A program made the translations under genes and the position numbers. A DNA stretch of 52,208 nucleotides from Piedraia hortae CBS 480.64 (lineage: Eukaryota), in NCBI GenBank assembly GCA_010093745.1, contig MU006032.1, positions 1-52,208 of the forward strand, written 5' to 3'. A model generated the notes under the pieces. That model did not search any database. It saw nothing but the letters and a program-made list of their open reading frames with translations, and had not been told where the DNA came from. Shown piece by piece: positions 25,640 through 36,418 of this stretch; within the stretch, counting starts at the first letter, position 1, and each line of letters begins with the position of its first letter.

Positions 25640-27110
25640 TGTTATAACCAATACCCGGGAAGAGATACCCAATAATCCCGCAAATTCGGTTCACATCCTG
25701 CCCCTGACATGGGTCTACGTGGTGAATCACGATCCCGCCACAAAAGCACGCCTATGCATCCGTGGTGACCAACAAGAAGAGATATTATTACTCACATACG
25801 CCGCAGCCCTGCAAGCCAATGTGTTTCTACCCATGATCTCTGGTCTCTTAACAGTTATCATACGACGCAGTCTCCGCCTTCAACACGGCAAAACTGGACG
25901 AGACGGTGTATACTTGTAGGCCACCATGTCATGGAAACGTGGAGGAACCCAATATGGAGTTGCTTCTATGGGTGGATGTGGATGATCAAGGGATGGGGCC
26001 GCTGGGAGGCCACGCCGGAGCTTGCACGACGGTTGAGGCTGGACCTAAACTGGGGCCGGGCGGAGCCATCATGCGCAAGACCAAGCTGCACCATCCGGGA
26101 TATCTACCAACATGGGCGGATGCGTTTAGACCCACACTGGCTGCATCACGGTGTTCTGGCATGTTGGTGATGTGAATTTCATGTTTCATCCATCCGACAG
26201 GAATTTATGGCCAGCATCACCCGGTTGCGTACCAAGGAAGGAGGGGTGGACCTTCCTCTCCGGCCAAGACGGGGACTGCCTGCTATGGCTTGCGAATCAA
26301 GCAGGATACATTGGAGGAGCGATCAGCGATCCTAAGGGTTCATATGGTTCTGGACCTAGCAGGTCCAACTCGTGCGAGGGATATTGATCAAAAAAGACGC
26401 AGTACCTGCGGAAAATCGGACCGGCATTATACGCGGCATGCTTCACATGTCCAGACATCGCGTTTGCAGTTTCACACCTACCGTCGTGGGGGGGGGGGGC
26501 AAGGCGTACTCGGACGAAGCAAAGGAAGATATGCTGGGGTTTTGTATGGCCGTATATCGCTTCATCGATCGATGCCTTGCGATGGTCGGGTCATCTGATT
26601 CGCAAGTTCTGCAAACATGGCGCCAAAAGCCGTATAGGGACTTACAAACCCGTCGCTGAGCGGGACGTTGTTACCAGCTTCAAAAGAAACTCCCTCGACA
26701 GGAAAAGTCATTGGTAATACGTTCTGACGCTGTATAGCTCGCCCATGTCGGAAGCAAGGTACAGCCACTACGTCAAGCACGGAGGCAGGATTCCTTGCCA
26801 CCTCTGCCGGGGCTACGACGAGGTGATCCCAAAGCTTAATGAAGTTGCAAACTGCTCACCGACAACCTGATGACCAAGCATCTCTCACATTCAAAAGTAC
26901 GTGTTTCACAAGACCGAAGTTAAGTACTTGGGGGTGTACATTGGCACATCCGGGATCAGGATGGATTGCACTAAAGTTCTGGCAGTGGTTTCTTGGGAGC
27001 ATACCTGCTGTACCAAGTACATCCTCCGCCTTACCATCACAGTAAGCCAGCTTCATCTGCTCATCGCTTGTCAACCGCCAATGCCCGACGACATCCCTCT
27101 CGTCCACCGT
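25640..27110 (+). mobile_element. decayed Ty3/gypsy retrotransposon remnant (putative 5' LTR 25640-25853, gag/RT fragments)
   Basis: TGTTA...TAACA 214 bp; RT-like peptides AKEDMLGFCMAVYRF and FHKTEVKYLGVYIGTSGIRMD..KV.AV.SW. Confidence 0.65.
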
Positions 27111-27171
27111 TTAGAGGCTTCTCCCCATCGCCGTGCGCAGCCTCGCTCGGGCCACATCCATCTCTTAGAGA

Positions 27172-27305
27172 GCCTTAGAAGTCGAGGTTTCTCAGGGTTT
27201 TTACCTCTTTAGGAAGAAGTTTCGATGCACGGTCCCTTTTATGCTTTTTGCGTGCTCAATAGCTGGTCTCAGTGAATACGGCTAGGCCTGGGGTAGAGTG
27301 TGGAT
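27172..27305 (+). mobile_element. internal fragment of family C LTR
   Basis: agaagtcgaggtttctcagggtttttacctc...gctggtctc..ggctaggcctggggtagagt matches 6320-6455. Confidence 0.75.
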
Positions 27306-27544
27306 ATATATTCATTCCAAAAACAATGGAGTCGTTGCAAAACAACGGGACATGAAATCCAGCCTTGGCAAAAGCAGGTCAAAGAAGGACCAATGCATTC
27401 AAAAAAATTTACATTATATAGCTCAACTCCACACCCATTCCGTATCGCCGCCCAGCCAATCTCGCCGCCTGTGTCAATCAAAAAACGCCTCTCCTTGGAA
27501 GGCAGCTTAATAAAATCCAAATCAATCACCAGGAATTGTTATCT

Positions 27545-27661
27545 GGCAAGATGGCCGAGTGGTTATGGCGTGTGACTCAAGGAACCTCCTTACTCAGCAG
27601 CTCAAGCTGAGGAGCATTCTCATGGGCTTTGCCCGCGGGGGTTCGAATCCCCCTCTTGTCA
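27545..27661 (+). tRNA. tRNA-Leu(CAA) with ~35-nt intron
   Basis: Acceptor stem GGCAAGA/TCTTGTC, A-box TGGCCGAGTGG, anticodon loop CT-CAA-G, variable arm, B-box GGTTCGAATCC, T-run terminator at 27666. Confidence 0.92.
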
Positions 27662-28414
27662 TCCATTTTTTGTCCTTCTGTCGGGGTGTCAAAAATATGA
27701 TCACCAATCGAGACAAGATGAGACCGCCAAATCAGCCTGCGGGTATAAGATGGTGGACGACGAAGGTTTTGTGAAGGATTTTTACGGTTTGGGTACACGC
27801 CCTTGTTGTTTTAGCGTCGGAAAGTTCCGCCCCTACCTTTTTGCATTACCGCCTCTGACCCCCTCGTTTGGGTGAAATTCAGAGAAGGTGGATAGGGGGA
27901 GGATATCTATGACAATTTGCTGGATAGAGATGATATCTTGGTGATGAGATGGCTGTGGCTAGCGTGATGTGATTGAGGGTTCTCATTAGCCGATGGAGAT
28001 ACCATGTGAGGATGTTGTGAAGGCGACACGTGATTCGATTCCGATCTATCATCGAAGACATGGGTTTGGTGGATTAATGGCACATCGGTGGTGCAGTGCA
28101 AGTGACTTGGTCTTGTGAAGGAACTGAGGTAAATTTTTCTAGCAATGTGAAAGCCGATTATCTGGCGGTGGCAGTTGCGTTGGAGGACCTTATAATTGCA
28201 TATCATCAACGGTGTGGTTTAAGGTACGGAACCAACAGAAAGTGGTGCAAAGGAAAGGTGAAAGAAGAGGATCTATTACCGATCATGCTCGTGATATCTC
28301 TCAGTTTGGAGAATAATAACACCCATTGGTTTTGGGAAGCCTCCAATACATCTGGAGAGCAATCTATAGTTGCTTTTGCGATGAAGAGGGTCAATCTGCG
28401 TGATGTAAAGGAGG

Positions 28415-28721
28415 TGTCGGAGGGCTGAACCTCCGAGGACTAGAGCGGAGTGGATGTCAACGACTAAAGTTTTCACTCAACTTTTACTGAAAAAGGTGAA
28501 AAATGTAATTGTCTCTCTCTATGAGGTGAGGTTCGAAACTTCCCCCACACTACCTCAGTCTAACCGCATTTGCCAGGACAACGTCAGCGAACCATGCCCT
28601 TAAGCATGAACGAGACAATGGCCCGCCTCAGGGAAAACTTCCTCTGTAGAGGTAAAAACCCTGAGAAGTTTCGACTTCTATCTATGGTTCTAATCATGGT
28701 GGGTGCTACATCCTTTTGACA
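28415..28721 (-). mobile_element. solo LTR family A (307 bp)
   Basis: TGTC...GACA, exact TSD GGAGG; reverse complement of the 12056 and 46483 copies. Confidence 0.93.
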
Positions 28722-28970
28722 GGAGGAAGCAAATGTAGACAACGATGCTTAAACCCTGAGAGCCATGTTCGAGGCTTAGGAGATCGACGTTATATATCTC
28801 CGTGACACCATGGCAAAGGATATGGGCAAGATACCCTGCAATATGTCTCACATGTTGTCAGGGTTTGGCAAGAAAAATCGTAAAGCCAAGCTACCCCTGC
28901 CCCTTCTCACCAGCAGCCTTGTAAGAATCTGAAAACTCAATAGTCTTTTCATACGCGCCTTACATAACCC

Positions 28971-29489
28971 CTACCTCGCATTAACCACTGTCGGCCTCGC
29001 CTTGCAAATAGTAACACACTCCGCCGCCCTTATCTCCGCCGCAGCCAATCCCTCAAGCAACGGGATAATCGATGCCCGTGGCATCGTCACAGTTGACGAG
29101 CTTGTGAAACTCACACCCTCCACATCATTGCCATCTTTCGGCGGCGCCGCAGGCAAACACTCTTTCTTCTCCGCAACACCCGCTGAACCTAACCCCTTCT
29201 TCTTCCCAAACAAATCCTGCCCATGCACGTCCATCTCCCGTATCTGTGACGAGCCCTTCCCCTCCATCAAAAAACCCTGCCCCTGCTGCAGCTGACTGAA
29301 AACCCTCGTCGTCAAATGACGATCCTTCATCGACGGGTTCATCATAGGCGGAGCTTCCAAGTGCACAAAAGGCTCACTGATCTGAAGGCTGCGCGGCCGC
29401 TTGTCTTCCTTGCGTTTGACGATGTGGTTTTTGAAGTTGTTGAGTCGGTCTCGTAGGTTGGCGGTGGAGTGTTTATGCGTGAGTGGCAT
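28971..29489 (-). CDS. lineage-specific hypothetical protein (paralog of 14008-15141)
   Basis: Likely start MPLTHKHS; shared terminal motifs with the 14008 gene. Confidence 0.6.
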   Translation of the reverse strand: MPLTHKHSTANLRDRLNNFKNHIVKRKEDKRPRSLQISEPFVHLEAPPMMNPSMKDRHLTTRVFSQLQQGQGFLMEGKGSSQIREMDVHGQDLFGKKKGLGSAGVAEKKECLPAAPPKDGNDVEGVSFTSSSTVTMPRASIIPLLEGLAAAEIRAAECVTICKARPTVVNAR

Positions 29490-30226
29490 TGTTGGTGTAA
29501 ACTGTTTTGTAGAGCTGAGAGGATGGGTGATGGTGGAGACAATGGGGATGTTTTTCTGGTGGGGTGACGTCGTCGTTGGCGTTTGCATCGCTGGCGCTGA
29601 TGATCTGATTGGAAGGAGGGGCAAGCATGTGATTGATCGTGGGTCACGTGGGGCTTGGCGGTGTACACTGTCGCGTGGGGATGATGCGGCGCGGTGGTGA
29701 AGCTGCACCGGATGGGAAGAGAGCGAATGGAGCGGTGAATTAATGCGTTTGTAATGTTGAAGGGTATTGTTTGAATCATTGACGGTCTGTTGTGGCTCTT
29801 GGTGCGTTGCGACGAGATGTCCACATCTGACTCAATGTGTGATACGCCAGCTGCTAAGCCTTCCTACCGAATCACTTCACAATTTTTTGATGGAATTTTT
29901 ATGGGTATCCCTGATGGAATATCATCCAGCTCACATCAGGATATAATGAGAGAAAGCATACATTATCATCTTAACACAAGATGGTAATCACAAGCAGTCG
30001 TACTGAAACCTCCTAAGCCTCTACGTTCCATATTCTGCCATCATCATTCCTGCCCAGGGTTTCTGCATATATCGAACCCTGCTCCGAAACCCCCCCCCCC
30101 CCTTCCCTACTCATGGCCAGGCCTAAGCTATTGCACACCTAATCGCAAATGCGCTTTCAATCAATCAGCGCATCCAAAGCCGCTATGACATTTCTCCGGC
30201 TAGCGACGAGATGCTTGGCCATGTTG

Positions 30227-31540
30227 TTATGTATTTATTTTATCTTACGCCGCAGGAACTTTGAGCTCCGCCCCAAAGGGGCAGGCGGTCCATCTACCCG
30301 TCTATGAACTTCTGTTACCTGCTTCTGCGTTGCACAGTGTCCTACTACAAAATCATGAACCTGGATCTCTACTCACCCAGCCCGGTGACGGGGACGGAAT
30401 GGCAAAGCCATCCGTGTATGCAAGAGGAGACCTCACGCCGAACGCCAAAAGTGAGAAAAAAAGGGACGGCGAGATCCGGTTCCATCTCAGAGCGGTCGAC
30501 GATTGCGTGGCTGTCGAAATCTTTTCGAGTTCTCGCAGCCGTCATTGTGGTAGGTTCCCCGGCGTCCATCAATCGACCGCCAATCTGTACTCCTTCAGTT
30601 TGCTGAGTGACACCAGCCACCGGACAATTTTCGCAGCGGAATCTTTGTTAGTCAGGTCGATGCGCACCTCCCGCGTGTTGCGGTAACGATGAGGAAGGGG
30701 TGATCTGTCTGCAGTTATTCGTGGGCATCCGATCAAGAGTTACGCTACCGTTTCGCTGTGCTCCTCGCATGCGCAGAGAGGTGTTTCAACATCCGGAACC
30801 TGGCGCTGGAAAAGGAAGTGTCTCAGGCTTACGACTTCTCTGCGTGCTTGTATCAGAAGGGAGCTCAGTAGTTTGGGTAGCCCCCTGTGCAATTATACGG
30901 ACCATCCGTCTCTGCCACCCTCCACGTTAAGGTCCACGTCGCCGGCGGCTTCTCTATGGCGCCGGGGATTGCGCTGTTGTGCCGACCGGCCTAAACGTTC
31001 ACCTCTCGCTTGCCACTCGATGTATGGCGCTTTGGGCAGTTCCTCCTCTCCTCTCCCAAATTGCTGCAGTGCTTCGGTTTGCACGGTCTCCGACCTATCG
31101 AAGAACTTGCGCTGGGCCAACCTCCTGCCTCTTTGTCTCTGCTTTGCCTGGGCTGCGATCCTCGTCCATGTTTCGCGGACGCCTGCCCTGGCCTTGTCTC
31201 TTGAAGCTTACGGTTTAGTGGCTAACGCCTTGACATGCCCTCGAGGTGCACCTCCGGCTTTCATGGGAACGTGCCAGGTTGAAGCACCGTACTTGATTGC
31301 TGCGTATATTTGTCTCGCACACGCGAACGTCACTCCCCACGTCTTTGCTACCAGCTTTGTCAGGGCGTACGTTTGTCTTGAGCTTCTTTTTTACCGCGTC
31401 GAGGTGTGGGCAGAATTGCAATTTGCTGTCCAACTAGACCCCCAAGAAGTTGGCTGACTCGACACGGGTGATGACGTTGTCGTCGAACATGATTGTGTCT
31501 TTTCTAGGCGACGATTAGCCATGTTTTTCATCACGGACGT
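30227..31540 (-). mobile_element. 5'-truncated, decayed Tad1-like LINE (RT C-terminus, CCHC finger, A-rich tail)
   Basis: FLGV*LDSKLQF..H, IKYGASTW, SSLLIQAR..LRHFLFQRQVP..PLCACEEHSETVA*LLIGCP, W...L.EYRLA; TAAA-like tail at 30227-30245. Confidence 0.85.
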
Positions 31541-32999
31541 GCTCTGTGCCATATTGACGAGCGAGTATGAAGCCCCTATGCTGAGATCTAGACTCAACTC
31601 TAGGATTGAAGATGGCTGGTCTTGGTAGGCAAGTCCCACAAACCGAGGGGCGATATTTAGGATCCCTGGTAGGAGTGCAGAGCTACGCTGCTTCAGCCAG
31701 GTGGATGTGATTAGCGTAAAAATGCTTTGCACTTCGAAATGCAGGACAAGATAGGACCTCTGTTCCTGTCCCAAAAACAATTCTTCTTGCTGATACAAAA
31801 TTTTTGCGCATTTTCCAAAAGGAGGTCCATAAGACAGAAAATCAGCAGGTCACTGCTTATAAGGGACAAGAGACGCTCAGAGAAGAAGATGCTGCACATC
31901 TCGTCTCGACGAAACTTTAATGTGGCGCTGATTTTCTCTGTATCATATATACCGCTCGTGCTGTTGGGAAGGCGATGTGCAGTGGATTTATGTGGGCAAA
32001 AGACCCTAATGAAGGTAGGCTTGCAAACAGTCTGCTTGATGCTTGCGATCTTCGCTCTTCGGACGTGTTCGTTTCTGTTTGCATTCTAAAAACCCATTGA
32101 GCTTAACTAGCTCATAATTCTAAGCTCATAAAAAATCCCACATCTTTTCACTGTTCCTTGCAAACCCCTTAGCGTCTTGGCTCCAAGCTCGCCAGTGGCT
32201 GCTATGGCACCCAACCACCATTTACTCACCTTGTTTGAGATTACTGCTCTCGCTCAATTGCTAATTAACGAGGCATGGATTAGACAACTTTCAATGGCAG
32301 AATTGGCAACCGGAAGAAGGCAGGTAAGAAACTGATATGACGGCAGAGAGGCTCGATGGATGGCCTGCGCGGTTTCCTTCGTAGCCAGCTTTGCATCAGG
32401 TAAAGTAAAAGGAGGAGAGAGTCAGTGGGGCCATGAAATGTGATATGAGAACAATTGAAGAAGGTCATGAGTACGAAACAATGCATTGTTGCAGTTTAGC
32501 CAATCAGAACGACATGAACCATGAACAGTGTCCGGGGAGAGTAGATGAGGGAATATGCGACACATGAAGGTTACAATAGAATACGAGAGACGTTCAGAAA
32601 AAAAAGTGGCGTTGAAGTGCATCTATACTTGACCTAGGAGAGGTTTTCCGTAGCTTCAAAACCAAAATTATCCTCTTGCCCATCATCCTCGTACCCCTTA
32701 GTTACAAGACCTTTTGCCCAAAAACGTTTCGCTGCTCGATTCAAACACTTCAGAAGTTCCATTCGTGGATATCGCACACTGACGACGCAGTGTCACGCAC
32801 AGCGCATCAGCAACCATTTGTGCTGGCTCGCCAACGCCCGCAGATAACACGCTCAACATCTGACACCTCACGACCCTGAGCGGCACACCAAAAGATAATT
32901 CGCCATCCTCTTCCCATAGCGACACAGTTCGCCGGCCAACCAGCCCGCATCCGATCACATCAACATGATAGCACGACAACCTGCCGACATTCATCAAAC

Positions 33000-33644
33000 A
33001 TGGCACCACCTACCGTGTCAAAGCAAGCATACGACATACTCGCGGAAGAGGCTGAACACTGGTACGCCGAATGGGGCCACCTCCAAGAGAAAAGAACAGA
33101 CCTAGAAAATCAACTCCGCGAAGCGACAAAGTCCTCCAAGCGCGCAGACCTTCTCCAAGGCGAGCGGGACGATCTCCTCTTGGAGCTAGCTGCCAAAAAT
33201 GATGAACTCGTCCAGGAAAAAACCAGAGCGTTGCGTGCACAGGAGGCCCTGCGTGACGCGGAAAGGATGTATCGACAGCACTCACTGCGGGCTGATTATA
33301 ACGCTGAGGAAGCTGTTAGGCTGTTAAAGAAACTAGACTCCTTGGGGGAGTTGCTTCATGAAGGACACGAGGAGCGGGAGAAGATGCAAGAGGATCTGGA
33401 GGCCCTGAGGCGGAAGTTTGAAAGGGCTCGTGCGGAGAGGAATGAGGCGGTTGAGAGACTTAAGGTTGCTGTTCGGAGGGGTAGGGCTTTGAACGCTTCG
33501 CGGAATGAAAGGGCTGAACCTGAGGAGGCCCAAGGGAATTTTCAGACTACGTTTACGTGGGAGACCAGAGACGGTTTGAAGCTTCAAGATGGAGGGGACG
33601 TTGAGAGATTGTGCAGGCAGGTGATGAGGTTTATCTGGGGGTAG
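33000..33644 (+). CDS. hypothetical coiled-coil protein
   Basis: 214-aa ORF, E/L/R/K heptad-rich. Confidence 0.65.
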   Translation: MAPPTVSKQAYDILAEEAEHWYAEWGHLQEKRTDLENQLREATKSSKRADLLQGERDDLLLELAAKNDELVQEKTRALRAQEALRDAERMYRQHSLRADYNAEEAVRLLKKLDSLGELLHEGHEEREKMQEDLEALRRKFERARAERNEAVERLKVAVRRGRALNASRNERAEPEEAQGNFQTTFTWETRDGLKLQDGGDVERLCRQVMRFIWG

Positions 33645-34020
33645 GATCTGTTTCAGTAGGTCGTGGTCGAGTAATTGCGTCGGCAGAAGGTCAGTTCGCG
33701 GCGGACGATTATGGGTCTGAACCCCTGCATCTTGGGTTATCTTCCCAGATTCATTCTCCCGCATCAACGGAAAGTAACGCTTACTTTACGCTTGCTTTGA
33801 TGAAACACCCTGTAACGTGTAGCTCGTTAGCACAACCTTTTCAAGAACCATATCGGAATAACATTATGGTGTCTAGATATATTACCAAACCCACTTCAAA
33901 AACTACACGCCTAAAAGGAGCAAGAGTTGAACAAATCATCTGTGCGCCTTGATCAGATGCATCTGCAGGAATGTGACGTTCCAAAGTGCCTTATCCTTGA
34001 TTGGTGCAAACACTTCCCAA

Positions 34021-34097
34021 GAAGGCGGAATCACGGCCGCGAATCTTCTTGCACCTCGACTTATTGCAATTGATTTGCACACCCGCTAGCACCCGTA
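34021..34097. repeat. dispersed repeat, inverted copy at 44493-44570
   Basis: Shared ttcttgcacctcga...ttgcacacccg.tagcacccg. Confidence 0.6.
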
Positions 34098-34599
34098 CCG
34101 GACTAACCAATTATATTGCAACAGGTTTTGGTAGGGCGGTGCGGGGTAGTTTAAGTTTTAAAGTGGCGCTAAGTTAGGGTTTGGGTGGTGTTTTAGTTGC
34201 ACCTCATATAGGACTTAACCTGAACGATAATTGCCTGTATCTTTGCATCGTGATGATGGGAATGGTAGGCACATGTGTGGAATAGTCGGCTTCGGGCGCT
34301 GAGCTTCTCCAACTCAGAACCTGCCATAGAGTTGTGTCTGGCATAGATTCGTCCCCTATGTATGGTATGGTGCCTGGGCACGACCATTTTGCTATACATG
34401 ACCAAATTCTGCAGTTCCAGCAAGAATGAACACGACGTATTGCTAATCTGATAATCACTCCCTGGAGGAATTGGGAGGATCTTGTGACATGTGAAAGCAG
34501 CATGGCAGGTAGAATTCTGTGGAAGAGATGCTCGCATAAGGCGTCTCGGATGGGTATAGTACTCGCTGCCCATCAGCTAAAAGCTTATATTACACTTCT

Positions 34600-35221
34600 T
34601 GTTGGATGGTAAACCCTCTCATATAGTATACAGCCAGGTCGCATCTGCAAGCTTAGAAGTCTATGTTTCTCAGGATTTTTACCTCCATATGAGGAAGTTT
34701 TCCTGGGACGAGGCACGGTGCCGTTCATGCTCTGTGCGTGTTTGGTGGCGAGATCTCGATGAATGCGGCTAAACCTTGGTTAGCGTGAGGTGAAGTTTCC
34801 AACTTTACCTCTCCACATTACCACATCACCTCAACATAGCCACACATACATGTGCCTCACACACCATTGCATAACCCAAACAATCCGAGTCTTACACAGC
34901 AAGTCAGCTATAATCCCTACACTATCGGCTACACCCTAGGTTTTGCCGTCACGGTGTTTTTCCGTCAGGGTCATGTCATATGTGACATGACGAATGCGCC
35001 CTGCTAGTGTACGACGTGATGTCACCGGCCCACCGGTTCAGAATATCTATTCTGACGTCCCCTCGTAGACATATATAGTCATTCACACTGTCACATCGAC
35101 ACTGGTATTGACTCCTACCCATCTGCATCTTTCCTAACCTTGTCGTTGATCTCCGCTTATCACTACGTCCTCCTAGTTCGAGTCGCTGCGCACTCCCATT
35201 TACGAGAGTACTATCGCTACA
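34600..35221 (+). mobile_element. composite of family C LTR (34600-~34870) and family B LTR (~34890-35221)
   Basis: TGTTGGATGGTAAACCCTCTC start as at 50575; second part is the reverse complement of family B, ending CGCTACA. Confidence 0.8.
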
Positions 35222-35824
35222 CTACATCTCACTGCAACTTCTTGGATTGGTCAACAGACAAAGCACGAACAAGATTCTCAGCATTTGCATTTAATGAAGT
35301 TATAATCATGGCAGGAAACTGGATACCACATGAAGTTGACAGCCGTCGTTGGACTGACTAGGTTAGTCGCTGGGTACGCATACTGGGTTTTAGGGGGAAC
35401 AGACTCTACTAGCGTATCACACCACATTATGGCCTTGTCGAAAGCTAAGAGTAATTAGACTGCATGCTGTTGTCAAAGTGGAGTGAGTCCCTTCAATTTT
35501 GGCGTTGTCGAGTGGTGGTTGGGTGGCTTGCCAACCATCTCAGAGCAGATTGTACCTGGGACTCCGCAGAGGATGCGTGGTCACTTTTTCACAAACAGTA
35601 CACAGATATTCTGCTTCTTTCCTCTGTCGAATTTGCCAAGGTATGGTAGAGAAGACCATTCCAGCTCATTTTGTCATCGTTGTTGATGGTTTTTCAAGGC
35701 GTTCTTTATTCTAGACACAAAGCAGCCAGAGTAAGACGTTACCTGCACGCCTCTTCCGAAGTCTCAAGAGGGAAATGTGGTAGTCAGTCCCTTCAACCTC
35801 TAAATCATTAACCTTTCTGAAGGT

Positions 35825-36215
35825 TGACGAAGACAGATAGTATGTATGAGTGAGAACGATGGATGGAAAGTAGAGATGTGTTTTATGAGTGAATACAAGT
35901 ATATCTTCGAGGGAACATCAGAGAATATATTCTGGGCTGGAAGGNNNNNNNNNNNNNNNNNNNNNNNNNNNNNNNNNNNNNNNNNNNNNNNNNNNNNNNN
36001 NNNNNNNNNNNNNNCATACATGCAGTAAGACTGTCAGCATGCAGTCTTACTCCATGACTCACCTCATAACAGTAGCAGGGCGCATTCACCATGTCGCATG
36101 CGACATGACCCTGAGGGAAACCTCTGTGAGGACAAAACCTAGAAGGCAGCTGCTGGTGTAAGAGGTGTCGCGCAGTGGCATCGTACACTGATAGCAACGA
36201 GACTTCATGCCAACA
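35825..36215 (-). mobile_element. family B-related solo LTR spanning an assembly gap
   Basis: TG...CCAACA, exact TSD AAGGT (35820-35824 / 36216-36220); family B core at 36073-36165. Confidence 0.78.
35945..36013. other. assembly gap (N run)
   Basis: Run of n. Confidence 1.
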
Positions 36216-36418
36216 AAGGTGACGTGAGCGCAGTTTCACCACTTACTCAAAAGGGATGACAAAGCGGTCGCTGAGTCAGCAATGTAGTCCTTTCACACGG
36301 ATGTGACGCTGGTGTGTTCTGGATACAGCCTTTTCAAATGCTGCACCCTAGAGGGGTAAAACGTGATATAAAATCTGGGTATCAAACTCGTACAACTTCA
36401 AACAAGACATAAACAATC

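Noticed and set aside
34173..34186. TTAGGG telomere-like sequence
   Set aside because: One perfect unit only; not an array
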